A program made the position numbers and the translations under genes. From positions 1 through 64,000 of the IMG/VR virus record IMGVR_UViG_3300036715_003906: DNA of 64,000 nucleotides. The stretch is one strand, 5' to 3'. Each line of letters opens with the position of its first letter. The first letter of the stretch is position 1. The notes beneath the pieces are model-generated. The model was not told where the DNA came from and searched no databases. It saw nothing but the letters and a program-made list of their open reading frames with translations. Shown here piece by piece: positions 18,837 through 27,377 of this stretch.

Positions 18837-19085
18837 TTACCTCACGAGCCAGTCGGTCCGGTACACCACCGTGACCTCATGTTCCTGACTGGCACACCGG
18901 AGGTGAACCCGCCAGTAATGGTGCGGGGCCCTCCGGCGGAGAAGGTGCTTCTGGATGAGGAGCGGAGACCCGCACGGGCACCGTGCTTCGGCCAGGTGGG
19001 CCCTGACGTCTTCCGGGCCGGCCGCGGGGATCGCAGCGGCAACCTGGTCGTCCGTGAGGTCGGGGGAGTCTTCGAGGTTCGTCAT
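18837..19085 (-). CDS. small Zn-binding hypothetical protein
   Basis: CPCG ... C..xH; ATGA coupling. Confidence 0.5.
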   Translation of the reverse strand: MTNLEDSPDLTDDQVAAAIPAAGPEDVRAHLAEARCPCGSPLLIQKHLLRRRAPHHYWRVHLRCASQEHEVTVVYRTDWLVR

Positions 19086-20425
19086 GGCAGGAGGGGCAGA
19101 CCCTTCGTGGTGTTCCGCTTCTTCGGAGCCAGGGTACGGTCCGCAGCGTAGCAGTTGTGGGTCGCGAGGCCCGCCGCCATGAAGGTCCGGGTGCTCGTGC
19201 GGATGTCGATGACCTCCCGCTCCCCTGCCCGCTCGATAGACACGATGCGGTCGTGGGCGAAGTCGATGCTCCTCCCAAAGAAGCCGAGCTTGTAGTCGTC
19301 GAGGAAGTCAGGCCCCAGGGCCACGTCAAAGCGGTGCAGGACCGAGGACACGCTCAGGCGATCCGCCCGCTTCCATTGCTTGCGGGTCCGGCCCTCCAGC
19401 CACAGGTGGTCCTCGGTCGTGTAGAACTCGGTCGACTCCGTCACGACGCGCAGGACGGGCTTGTGGAACGTCCAGACACCTTCCACTTTGCTGCTACGGA
19501 ACTTGCGGATCTTCCGCGGGCCTTCCGGTTCCTCATCGAACCCGATGAGCCGGTCCCCCGGCCGCACGGTGGCCAGGGGCCGCCAGGAGAAGTCCTCGAA
19601 CAGCACCGGCGTCGCCGGATCAAGGCAGTACGTACAGCCGAGCGTGCAGGATTCGTTGATCGTGAAGGGGTCCACCATGAGGACGCACCCGCAGCCCTCG
19701 GAGGGGGGAGCCTCATGCCCGGGCAGCCCGAAGGCCCGGGCCGGCGCGCACACCCCTGGCCGCAGGTTCGAGGGCAGCCCGTCCACCCGGTAGAGGGTGC
19801 GGTCCTCGTTGCAGAGCAGGACCCTCATCCCGTGGACCTGGGCCCGAGCCGCAAGCTCCCCCATGAGGGCGAGGCGCGCTTCCCGGTCCCGCGTCTCGAC
19901 CATGAGGTCGTTGCTCTGGAGGAAGGACAGGTACACGTCCCTGATCCGGGACCCCCTGATCTTGTCGAGAATCCGCACGAAACGCCCGATCACTTCCTCG
20001 TGGGGAAGCAGGGGCACGGGGGAAAATCGCCAGTGGGTCCGGGGAAAGGTGCAGGAGGTGCCGACCAGCATGTCACACGCTTCGTCGAGGTCAGGGGCTC
20101 CTTTCTCGACCTCCTCCCACCCCGTCACCGTGACGTGGACCTCGACCTTGTCGTACTCCCGCAGAAGCCGGTGATCCCGGAGCAGGTTCCGCGGGTCCTT
20201 CGTCCAGAAGGTGAGCCCCAGGGTGTCCTCGGGGCTCAGGGACCAATGGGCCGGAACCCCGCTCCGGGGGTCGATCCCGGCGAAGCTCCCCTCGGCCAGC
20301 CTGTCCCGAAACCAGGACCACTTCGCCGCCGGGACGTCGGTCCAGCGGGAAAAGGAGTAGGGGAGGTTCTCCTCGACGCCCGTCTTGAGGGCGCGGGGGG
20401 CGGAATGGATCAGTGGTTCGCTCAT
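19082..20425 (-). CDS. DUF1848-family (radical-SAM-like Fe-S) protein interrupted by an intein
   Basis: SFSRWTDVPA, FWTKDP, WRFSPV, CGC....D......C..GC.YC.A after splicing. Confidence 0.8.
   Translation of the reverse strand: MSEPLIHSAPRALKTGVEENLPYSFSRWTDVPAAKWSWFRDRLAEGSFAGIDPRSGVPAHWSLSPEDTLGLTFWTKDPRNLLRDHRLLREYDKVEVHVTVTGWEEVEKGAPDLDEACDMLVGTSCTFPRTHWRFSPVPLLPHEEVIGRFVRILDKIRGSRIRDVYLSFLQSNDLMVETRDREARLALMGELAARAQVHGMRVLLCNEDRTLYRVDGLPSNLRPGVCAPARAFGLPGHEAPPSEGCGCVLMVDPFTINESCTLGCTYCLDPATPVLFEDFSWRPLATVRPGDRLIGFDEEPEGPRKIRKFRSSKVEGVWTFHKPVLRVVTESTEFYTTEDHLWLEGRTRKQWKRADRLSVSSVLHRFDVALGPDFLDDYKLGFFGRSIDFAHDRIVSIERAGEREVIDIRTSTRTFMAAGLATHNCYAADRTLAPKKRNTTKGLPLLP
19154..19627 (-). mobile_element. 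158-aa mini-intein (no endonuclease domain)
   Basis: Block A CLDPATPV, block B TTEDHLW, block F VIDIRTSTRTF, block G THN followed by Cys+1. Confidence 0.9.
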
Positions 20426-20461
20426 GCCCCCCTACTACACCTCCCCGGGGGGCAGAATCAA
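20426..20461 (-). promoter_or_regulatory. hybrid class I/II promoter (P9)
   Basis: TTGATT-18nt(ending GGTG)-TAGTAG-gggggc-ATG; the TGA in TTTGA is the upstream gene's stop. Confidence 0.7.
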
Positions 20462-20938
20462 ACGTGGGCCTGACGGTATCGGGCCGCAAGCCGGGAGGCC
20501 ACCTCGGCCCCGAGGGCCCGGGCGACCAGGCGACCGGTCACCTTGGAGGGTACCTTGACCTGGAAGTCGTCGAGGAAGCGCCGCAGGACATCCCCGCTGA
20601 CGTCGGCGGCCTTCTCCGACGCCTGCACCCTCTGGCCGTCCTCCCGTGTCTCCGCGCCCCGCTCGTAAGGGTCCCACGAGCGGCGGGCTTCCTGGGCCTC
20701 GATCTCCGGCAGGAGCTTGCCCACGGCCTCCACGAGCCAGCGCGCGGCCGCCGAGGGAAGGTCGAACTCCCCGCCGCCCCCCGCCGCCCCCCGCCCCCAT
20801 GCTGTCCATCCGGTAGCGGACCTTGAACCGGGACCCGTACTCGGTCGAGGGGATCTCCAGGAGCGTCAGGGAGAGACCCCCGTTGTTGACGTGCAGGTAG
20901 GCGTTCGCTCGCTCCTTCTCGAGGAGGTCCGTGCTCAT
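20458..20938 (-). CDS. hypothetical protein, frameshifted in a G-rich tract near 20775
   Basis: MSTDLLEK... start; 3' frame ends RLVARALGAEVASRLAARYRQAHV. Confidence 0.55.
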
Positions 20939-21633
20939 TTGCGGAGGTCCTCGGCAAACTTCCGCATGACGACGGCGAAGGGCCGTTCGAAGATCCTGTT
21001 GCGGAACCCCTCGAACGCTTCGTTGAACTGGCGCCTGTCCTCCGGGCTGAGCACGTCCCGGGTCCGCACGAGGGAGAGGCTGTCGTACTTGCCGTACAGC
21101 CGGTCCGTGAACCGCTCGGCCTGCTGCTCGGTCTTCCGCAGCCAGGCGACGAGCCCCTGGACGCCCGGGTCCTTGAGCTTCCCGGCCGCCGCCGTGAGTT
21201 CGTCCCGAGCCATCAACGTCCCGTGCTTGGCGAAGGTCTTGATCGCCTCCTCGGTCTTCTCGAAGAACGCCTCCAGGGCCGGCGAAGCCCCCGCCCGAAG
21301 GAGGGTGTCCTTGAAGGCGCCTAGCTCCCCGAGCGCCTGGTGCTCGAAGGACGTCAGCCACTTCTGCCCGGCCTCCGCGTCCTTCTTCACCTCGGCGTGA
21401 AAGGCGTCGAGGGACGACCCGTAGAAGGACGCGGTGAGGGCCCGTAGCGCCAGACGCCCTGCCATCGCGCTCTTGCCCTTGAGGTACTCCCCCTGTTCCT
21501 TCTTGCAGTGGTCCGAGCCCGGGTCCTTGTGCTTGCAGAAGACCGACCAGGCCGTCGCCCACGCCTGGGCCTCGGAATAGTCCGGGTTCCCCTGCTTCAC
21601 TTCCTCAAAGTAGCGTTCCACGTCGCTTGGCAT
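20935..21633 (-). CDS. protein with ChaB-like N-terminal domain
   Basis: MPSDVERYFEEV......YSEAQAWATAWS (ChaB-like A.AtAW motif); SD GGAG. Confidence 0.6.
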   Translation of the reverse strand: MPSDVERYFEEVKQGNPDYSEAQAWATAWSVFCKHKDPGSDHCKKEQGEYLKGKSAMAGRLALRALTASFYGSSLDAFHAEVKKDAEAGQKWLTSFEHQALGELGAFKDTLLRAGASPALEAFFEKTEEAIKTFAKHGTLMARDELTAAAGKLKDPGVQGLVAWLRKTEQQAERFTDRLYGKYDSLSLVRTRDVLSPEDRRQFNEAFEGFRNRIFERPFAVVMRKFAEDLRK

Positions 21634-21851
21634 GTTGCTCCCCCGGGGGCACAAGAGCTTTCCTCGCCCGCCCATCCCGCATGTACCGGCGGTAGGCTTC
21701 TCGACACGACACGACACGCAGGGCGGTTCCTTGCGTTTTCGGTGACGGGCGTAACCCGAATCAGTACCCACCCCGCACCCCGGAACATCAGGTAGAGGGG
21801 CCCGCAGCGGTCAACGTCGGCCGGCATGGGGCCCCTGGAGGCAGAGGGGGA

Positions 21852-22193
21852 TCAGTAGTGCCCGGAGTCTCCGTAGTGCTTGCGCCAGAAGTCGGCGTTC
21901 TTCGCAAACTCCTCGGGGGACATCTGGCGGATGTCGAGGCTGTAGCTGACCGTCCGGGCGTTCTTGTAGTCGTGCTTGCCGTCCTCGGCGATCGTGAAGT
22001 AGACGGCCTGGGCCTTGAACCAGAGACGGAACTTCCCGTCCGAGGACGTCGCGTAGGGGATCTTGAGGCCGGTCTTCACCGCCCACCCGTTCTGCTTCAG
22101 GTGGGAGAAGATGGCCTCCTGTGCCTGCGCAAAGGTGGGCGGCTTCCCAGCCGCTTCGAGGGCGCGGCTCACCAGGCGTTCTTTCAGGGTCAT
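21852..22193 (-). CDS. hypothetical protein with N-terminal RLVSRALEA tag
   Basis: GGAGG SD; clean ORF. Confidence 0.7.
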   Translation of the reverse strand: MTLKERLVSRALEAAGKPPTFAQAQEAIFSHLKQNGWAVKTGLKIPYATSSDGKFRLWFKAQAVYFTIAEDGKHDYKNARTVSYSLDIRQMSPEEFAKNADFWRKHYGDSGHY

Positions 22194-22220
22194 GGCAATC
22201 CTCCGTGGAGCCTGAGGTGA

Positions 22221-23396
22221 TCAGAAGGGGTCGTGGACGCAGCGGAAGGGGGCGATGTCCCCCTCGGCCAAGAGGGACTCCTTGGCCGTCAGCATGTCCA
22301 CCGCATACCGGGTGTGCTCGATGGCCGGCTCCGCGTCCGCCGTCCACGCCTTCGACCCCAGCTTCGCGAAGGGGTCGGGCAGGTTGTAGGCGCAGGTGAT
22401 GGCCGGGTACTGCTCGGCCTCGACCGCCCCCACCTCGGCGCGGGTCGGCAGCCGGCCGTTGTTGTTGACGCAGAACTCCGCCGCCTGGCCCCAGGGGACC
22501 GACGCGGTCACCGCGTTCAGCCAGATGAGGCCCGTGACCGTGTCCTTGACCACCGGGAGGTAGCTCACCGCGCCGAGCGGGCCATCGTACTTGTACCCGT
22601 GGGTCGTCGCCACGAACCGCCCCGCCGGCCCCTGGCAGACGCACTCCAGGCTTGCCTGGTCACAGCCGTAGGTGCAAAGCCCCCCGTTTGGATTCCAGGT
22701 CTCCCCGTCGCAGATCTCGGGCTGGAGGCCACCGCACTGGCGAGCCCCCAACTCACACGTCCCGGCCCCCGCCTGCCCCCCGCCACCCTCGCCGGCCGCC
22801 CCTCCCGCCCCAGCCTGGCCCGCGCCGCCCTGGCCCGCCTGGCCCCCAGCTCCCGCCACCGGGGCCCCCGCCTGGCCGGCGTCCGCCTCCCCCCCCTCAC
22901 CGCCCACCGTGCCCGAGCCACCGGCCGCGGGAGCCCCCGCCTGACCAGCTCCCCCCGTGCCCGCCGTGCCCGCCATGCCGGACCCCGAGGCTCCCGCCTG
23001 GCCCGCGATCATCTGCTGGCCGCCCGTGCCGGCCGCACCACCGCCAGCCGTGCCTCCCGCCCCAGCCGGGGTCCCAGCCCCGCCGCTCGTGCCGGCCGCA
23101 CCACCGCCAGCCGTGCCTCCCGCCCCAGCCGGGGCCCCAGCCCCGCCGCTCGTGCCGGCCACCGGGCTCCCACCCTGGCCCGCCTGCCCCGCACCCCCCA
23201 GGCCCGACGAGCTTCCCTGACCCGACGAGCCCGACCCGCCCCCCGTGCCCCCCGGGCCCGCCGTCCCCCCGGGCGACGTTCCCCCGAGGTTGGAGGGCGC
23301 CTCGTCCGGGGCCTCCTCGAACGGCGCTCCCCCGCAACCAACCCCCACAACCATCCCCAGCACCACCCGCAGCGTTCTCGTGTTCATGTGCATCAC
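22221..23396 (-). CDS. myxobacterial-type lipoprotein: signal/lipobox, Gly-Ala linker, Cys-rich module, DUF1566 (Lcl) domain
   Basis: VVGVGC lipobox; GGAGQAG low-complexity linker; VKDTVTGLIW...W..A..FC....RLPTRAE...FRCV. Confidence 0.75.
   Translation of the reverse strand: MMHMNTRTLRVVLGMVVGVGCGGAPFEEAPDEAPSNLGGTSPGGTAGPGGTGGGSGSSGQGSSSGLGGAGQAGQGGSPVAGTSGGAGAPAGAGGTAGGGAAGTSGGAGTPAGAGGTAGGGAAGTGGQQMIAGQAGASGSGMAGTAGTGGAGQAGAPAAGGSGTVGGEGGEADAGQAGAPVAGAGGQAGQGGAGQAGAGGAAGEGGGGQAGAGTCELGARQCGGLQPEICDGETWNPNGGLCTYGCDQASLECVCQGPAGRFVATTHGYKYDGPLGAVSYLPVVKDTVTGLIWLNAVTASVPWGQAAEFCVNNNGRLPTRAEVGAVEAEQYPAITCAYNLPDPFAKLGSKAWTADAEPAIEHTRYAVDMLTAKESLLAEGDIAPFRCVHDPF
23025..23160. repeat. 63-bp tandem duplication (2 copies plus a partial third) in the lipoprotein linker
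   Basis: Units start at 23025, 23088 and 23151; one mismatch between the full copies; encodes AGTSGGAG(A/T)PAGAGGTAGGGA. Confidence 0.85.
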
Positions 23397-23410
23397 TCGC
23401 CTTTCTGACG

Positions 23411-23440
23411 AGTGCTACACCCGAGGACCTTCGGAATCAA
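23411..23440 (-). promoter_or_regulatory. hybrid class I/II promoter (P10), leadered
   Basis: TTGATT-17nt(ending GGTG)-TAGCAC, then AGAAAGG SD-like sequence before the lipoprotein. Confidence 0.7.
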
Positions 23441-23458
23441 AAACCGGAGGTCCGTAGG

Positions 23459-24712
23459 TCAGCCGTTTGTCCGTGCGCCCTTCTCGACCAGGATAGCCGG
23501 ACCCCCCGCCACCGTGTCCTCGGTCACCCGGAGCGCCTTGAGGTTCGGGTGAGAGGGAGCCGTGAAGGCGTACTTCGCCAGGCATCCCTCGACGATGCCC
23601 CGGAGCGCCCGGGCCCCCGTCGGGTTCTTCTTGGCCAGGCGAGCGATGGCCCGGAGCGCCTCCGGGTCGAACTGGATGTCGATCCCATCCATGGCCCACA
23701 GGGCCTGCATCTGCCGGTGGATGCTGTTCTTCGGCTCCGTGAGGACACGGACCATGTCCTCCTCGCTCAGCTCGTAGGTCGAGGTCAGGACCGGGATACG
23801 CCCGACGAACTCGGGGATCATCCCGAACTCCAGGATATCGTCCGTCGTGATGGCCGCGTAGACCTCGGTCGGGGTGTGCTTCGCCCTCGACGTCGCCCCG
23901 AAGCCCAGGGACGCGCCCTTGTTGAGCCTCTGGGTCACCTCCTCCTCGATCCCGGCGAAGCTCCCCGCCGCAATGAAGAGGATGTTGGTCGTGTCGATGA
24001 CCTCGGTCGCCGTCCCGGCCCCCACCATCCGCTGACCCATCTCCCGGGGAATGGCCACCTTGCCCCCCTCGATGATCTTGAGCAGCGCCTGCTGGACCGC
24101 CTCGCCGCCGACGTCCTTGAACCCCGACTGGTTCCGGCCGCTCTTGCGGGCAATCTTGTCGATCTCGTCCACGAAGATGATCCCCCACTGGGCCCGCTCG
24201 ACGTCCCCGTCCGCGGCCCGAAGGAGACCCTGGAGCAAGGACTCGACGTCGTCCCCGACGTAGCCCGCCGCCGTGAGCCGGGTGGCGTCCGCGACGTGGA
24301 AGGGGACGTTGAGCATCCGGGCGATGGCCCGGGCGATGTGGGTCTTCCCGGTGCCCGTGGGCCCGAGGAGCAGGATGTTCGACTTGTCGATCTCGATGGG
24401 CCCCCCGGCGAACACGAAGCCCGTCTTGAACGCCTCCCGCCGCTTGTAGTGGTTGTAGACCGCGACGGCCATGTCGGTCTTCGCCCGATCCTGGGCGATG
24501 ACGAACTGGTCGAGGAACTCCTTGATCTCCATCGGCTTCTTGAGGGGCTCCTCCTTCTTCGCCTGGGTCTTGACCGCGTCCGCCTGGAGGGCCTTGTGGG
24601 CCGAACCGATGCAACGTTCGCAGATGAAGGGCCCGTCGGTGGTACCGACCAGGGACTTGACCTCGTTTCGGGGCCGACCGCAGAACCCGCACTTCGCCAT
24701 GGAAGTCGTCAT
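23459..24712 (-). CDS. clpX: ATP-dependent Clp protease ATP-binding subunit ClpX
   Basis: C4 Zn domain [46 protein letters not shown] loop, TGARALR. Confidence 0.95.
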   Translation of the reverse strand: MTTSMAKCGFCGRPRNEVKSLVGTTDGPFICERCIGSAHKALQADAVKTQAKKEEPLKKPMEIKEFLDQFVIAQDRAKTDMAVAVYNHYKRREAFKTGFVFAGGPIEIDKSNILLLGPTGTGKTHIARAIARMLNVPFHVADATRLTAAGYVGDDVESLLQGLLRAADGDVERAQWGIIFVDEIDKIARKSGRNQSGFKDVGGEAVQQALLKIIEGGKVAIPREMGQRMVGAGTATEVIDTTNILFIAAGSFAGIEEEVTQRLNKGASLGFGATSRAKHTPTEVYAAITTDDILEFGMIPEFVGRIPVLTSTYELSEEDMVRVLTEPKNSIHRQMQALWAMDGIDIQFDPEALRAIARLAKKNPTGARALRGIVEGCLAKYAFTAPSHPNLKALRVTEDTVAGGPAILVEKGARTNG

Positions 24713-24724
24713 GTTTCCCTCTCT

Positions 24725-25039
24725 TTACACCGCGAGCGTCTTGCCGTCCGTGCCCCAGAGGCGTCCGTTGTAGGACACCTTCCCCACGATGACGCCGTCC
24801 CGGCGTCTCCGCCGGGACTCGGGGCCCCAGTTGCCGCTGCCCAGCCCGTGGATGTCGAGGAAGCTCCGCACCACGCGGGAGGCTTGCTCGGGGCTGTCCA
24901 CGGCCCGCCAGGTCTCGGGCAGGCCCATGTTGCCGTACTGGCCGAGGTCGGGGTTCGGGTAGACCTTGAAGAACACCTCCCACCCCTTCACGGGGACCGA
25001 GGCGGGGGCGGGGGATTCCGGAGCGATCTTGCGTGCCAT
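24725..25039 (-). CDS. hypothetical protein
   Basis: Leaderless ATG after P11; NPD.GQ...GSGNW...SYNGR.W motif seen in phage/plasmid proteins. Confidence 0.7.
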   Translation of the reverse strand: MARKIAPESPAPASVPVKGWEVFFKVYPNPDLGQYGNMGLPETWRAVDSPEQASRVVRSFLDIHGLGSGNWGPESRRRRRDGVIVGKVSYNGRLWGTDGKTLAV

Positions 25040-25072
25040 GGGGGTACTCCGCAGCACCCCGCCGGGAATCAA
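25040..25072 (-). promoter_or_regulatory. class I promoter cassette (P11)
   Basis: TTGATT-17nt-GAGTAC-cccc-ATG; TGA doubles as the nitrilase stop. Confidence 0.75.
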
Positions 25073-25815
25073 ACCTCGGCGATCACAAAACAGTCCCGGG
25101 ACCAGACGAGGCCCTGGCAGTGAACCTTGCCCGAGGGCTCGATCACGCACACCCCGCCCTCCCCGAAGTCGTTGCACCCCTCCTTGCCATACCGGTTCGA
25201 GACGATGAGGGCGCTCTTGTTCTCCTCGACGAAGTCCATCCAGGTCGTCGAGGGGAAGCCCCCGTTGCCCCAGTTGGCCGACAGGCACACGATGTCCGCG
25301 TCCCCCGGCCCGTAGAAGCTCCAGTCGTCGTTCTTCTTGTTCCGGGCGTCCCGGCAGATGAGCAGGCCCACCTTGCGGGTCGTCTCCCGGAACTTCGCCC
25401 GCACGACCGGCGGGTTCCCGATCCCCGGCTTCGCCCAGAGGTAGTCGTTGCCCCAGGGGTTGACCTTCCGGTAGGACAGGAAGTAGCCCGTGGGGTCGGC
25501 GTAGATCTGGCTGTTGTGGAGGTCCCCCGTCCCCCGGTCGATCTCGACGAGCCCCCCGAGCAAGTGGATCCCGAACTTCTTGGCCAGGGCCCGGAAGACC
25601 CCGAGGGTGGTCGAGGCGGGCTCGATGCTCTCGGCGTGGGGCCGTGCCTCCTCCTCCCCCATGAAGCTGTAGCCCGTCGCGCACAGCTCGGGCAAGACGA
25701 CCAGCTCGGCCCCGGCCTTGGCCGCACCCGCGACCAGGTGGGCGAGCCGGCGCAGGTTCTCGGCCTTCTGCCCCATCACCGGCGCGAACTGGACCGCGGC
25801 GACCTTGATCTTCAT
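25069..25815 (-). CDS. carbon-nitrogen hydrolase (nitrilase superfamily)
   Basis: VAAVQF, VVLPEL (Glu), YRKV (Lys), GLLICRD (Cys) triad. Confidence 0.9.
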   Translation of the reverse strand: MKIKVAAVQFAPVMGQKAENLRRLAHLVAGAAKAGAELVVLPELCATGYSFMGEEEARPHAESIEPASTTLGVFRALAKKFGIHLLGGLVEIDRGTGDLHNSQIYADPTGYFLSYRKVNPWGNDYLWAKPGIGNPPVVRAKFRETTRKVGLLICRDARNKKNDDWSFYGPGDADIVCLSANWGNGGFPSTTWMDFVEENKSALIVSNRYGKEGCNDFGEGGVCVIEPSGKVHCQGLVWSRDCFVIAEV

Positions 25816-25839
25816 GCTCTCCCCCGGAACAGAGGAAGG

Positions 25840-26280
25840 TTAGGGAGCCGGGAGGACCTTGGTCTCCTCCCACCCCTTGACCCGCGGTCCCTTGAAGAGC
25901 GCCCACTGGCTCTTGCGCTCGTAGGTGAAGAGGATGCTGTTCGGCAGGGGCCGGGAGCCCGTGGCCCAGCGCATCTGGATCTGACCTTCCTCCCGGCAGA
26001 TGACGGCCCGGCCCCCGGCGAGGAGCGCCTGCATCAGCGCCCGGGCCCCCTCCTCGCTCACGTCCGACCGGAACCGGTGGAAGATCCGCCCCTGAATCGG
26101 GATGGAGGTCATCCACTCCAGACGGCGAAACCAGGGCTTGACCCCCTTGCCCGCCTGGCAGGTGGCCACGATCACATCCCCCAAGCTCTCCCCCCGCCGG
26201 GCCTCGACCGCGAAGTGGGTGGTGAGGGGAAGCGTGGGGGGAGGGGGAATCCGGTTGTCAGCGTCGATGGTAGAGGACAT
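25840..26280 (-). CDS. hypothetical protein
   Basis: ORF in the operon between DHFR and nitrilase. Confidence 0.5.
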   Translation of the reverse strand: MSSTIDADNRIPPPPTLPLTTHFAVEARRGESLGDVIVATCQAGKGVKPWFRRLEWMTSIPIQGRIFHRFRSDVSEEGARALMQALLAGGRAVICREEGQIQMRWATGSRPLPNSILFTYERKSQWALFKGPRVKGWEETKVLPAP

Positions 26281-26764
26281 GCGTCAGGCGTTCGTCGTTG
26301 GGGTTCACTGCTCGCGACGTCTCCTTCAACCCCACAAGGAGGTCCTCAGCCTCTTTCGGCCAGTAGACGAGGTCCGTCATGCCCGCCGTGTTCACGCGGG
26401 GCACCAGCGTCAGGTCCACGACGTCCACGAGGTCCGTCGCCAGCGCGTCCCGGTAGACGGCCGCGCCCCCCGCGACCCAGACGTTCTCCGCCAGCCCCTG
26501 GGCGATGGTGATGGCGTCGAGGATGTTCCTCGCACAGCCATCCGGCATCACCTTCCAGGGCCCCTGGGCGCTCCCCGTCACCACGATGTGACGGCGACCC
26601 GGGAGAAGCCCCGGCAGGCCCTGGAAGGTCTTGCGACCCATCACGAGGGCCCCGTCCATGGTGACCTTCTTGAACCGGGCGAGGTCCTCCTTGTACCGCC
26701 AGGGCAAGGTCCCTCCGGCACCGATGAGCCCCGCGGGGTCCCGCGCAACGATGAGTCCAATCAT
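26258..26764 (-). CDS. folA: dihydrofolate reductase
   Basis: LIGAGGTLPW..EDLARFK..T....VMGRKTF..LPGR; VAGGAAVY; leaderless TAAGGT-7nt-ATG. Confidence 0.9.
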   Translation of the reverse strand: MIGLIVARDPAGLIGAGGTLPWRYKEDLARFKKVTMDGALVMGRKTFQGLPGLLPGRRHIVVTGSAQGPWKVMPDGCARNILDAITIAQGLAENVWVAGGAAVYRDALATDLVDVVDLTLVPRVNTAGMTDLVYWPKEAEDLLVGLKETSRAVNPNDERLTHVLYHRR

Positions 26765-26810
26765 GCGCGGGACCTTACCCACCACCCCCACCCCTGTCCA
26801 CCGCGTAACG

Positions 26811-27065
26811 TCAGCCGGCGCGGCTCCTTCGACGGTCCATGGACTCGACCGCCGCCACGCAGACGGCGGCGATCTGGATGACCCGCCGCCGGGGGGACTG
26901 GCGGCCTTCGAGGAGGCTCTCCGCCAGCTTCCCCATCTGGACGCTCAGGATGAAGTGCCAGTCCTTCGGGTCGTGGATGTCGTCGTGGGTCGCGCCCCCC
27001 CACTCGACCGTCTGCCGGTCCATCTCCGCCTTGATCTCGTCGAACACCGTGGGCATCTCGCTCAT
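26811..27065 (-). CDS. MazG-like all-alpha NTP pyrophosphatase (small)
   Basis: EMDRQ..EWG...W..IL..GK.AE...IQIAAVCVAAVES; own GGTGTA 9 nt before ATG 27065; ORF track fuses it to an upstream gene starting at 27368. Confidence 0.55.
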   Translation of the reverse strand: MSEMPTVFDEIKAEMDRQTVEWGGATHDDIHDPKDWHFILSVQMGKLAESLLEGRQSPRRRVIQIAAVCVAAVESMDRRRSRAG

Positions 27066-27377
27066 GGCCGCCGGTACACCAAGACGGACCCTGAGCTGGG
27101 CCAGGTCGGCTTCGGGCTGCCCGAGGTGACTCTCGGCCTCCCTGAGCAGCTCGGCCGCCACCTGGGGCGGCACCGTGTCAAAGGGCCCCTCGTGCCCGGC
27201 CCACGCCCGCAGCCCCTGGGGGCCGCAGTGGAGCGTGTGACGGATCCACTCCTCGTCGATGTCCACCAGGCTCGTGTCGGAGGCGACAGGGTCGAACCCC
27301 TCGTAGCGCTCCTCGATCGCCCCGAGCATCCCCGCGTCTCCCTGCCGTGTCCAGAATCTGTCCCCCATGGCCCAGGG

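Noticed and set aside
22221-22600. DUF1566 domain as the target of a diversity-generating retroelement
   Set aside because: No reverse transcriptase and no template repeat differing at adenines were found in the window. One elsewhere in the genome cannot be excluded.
23408-23418. TAGCACTC as a CIRCE (HrcA) operator next to clpX
   Set aside because: Only one half-site is present, and it is explained as the -10 of promoter P10.
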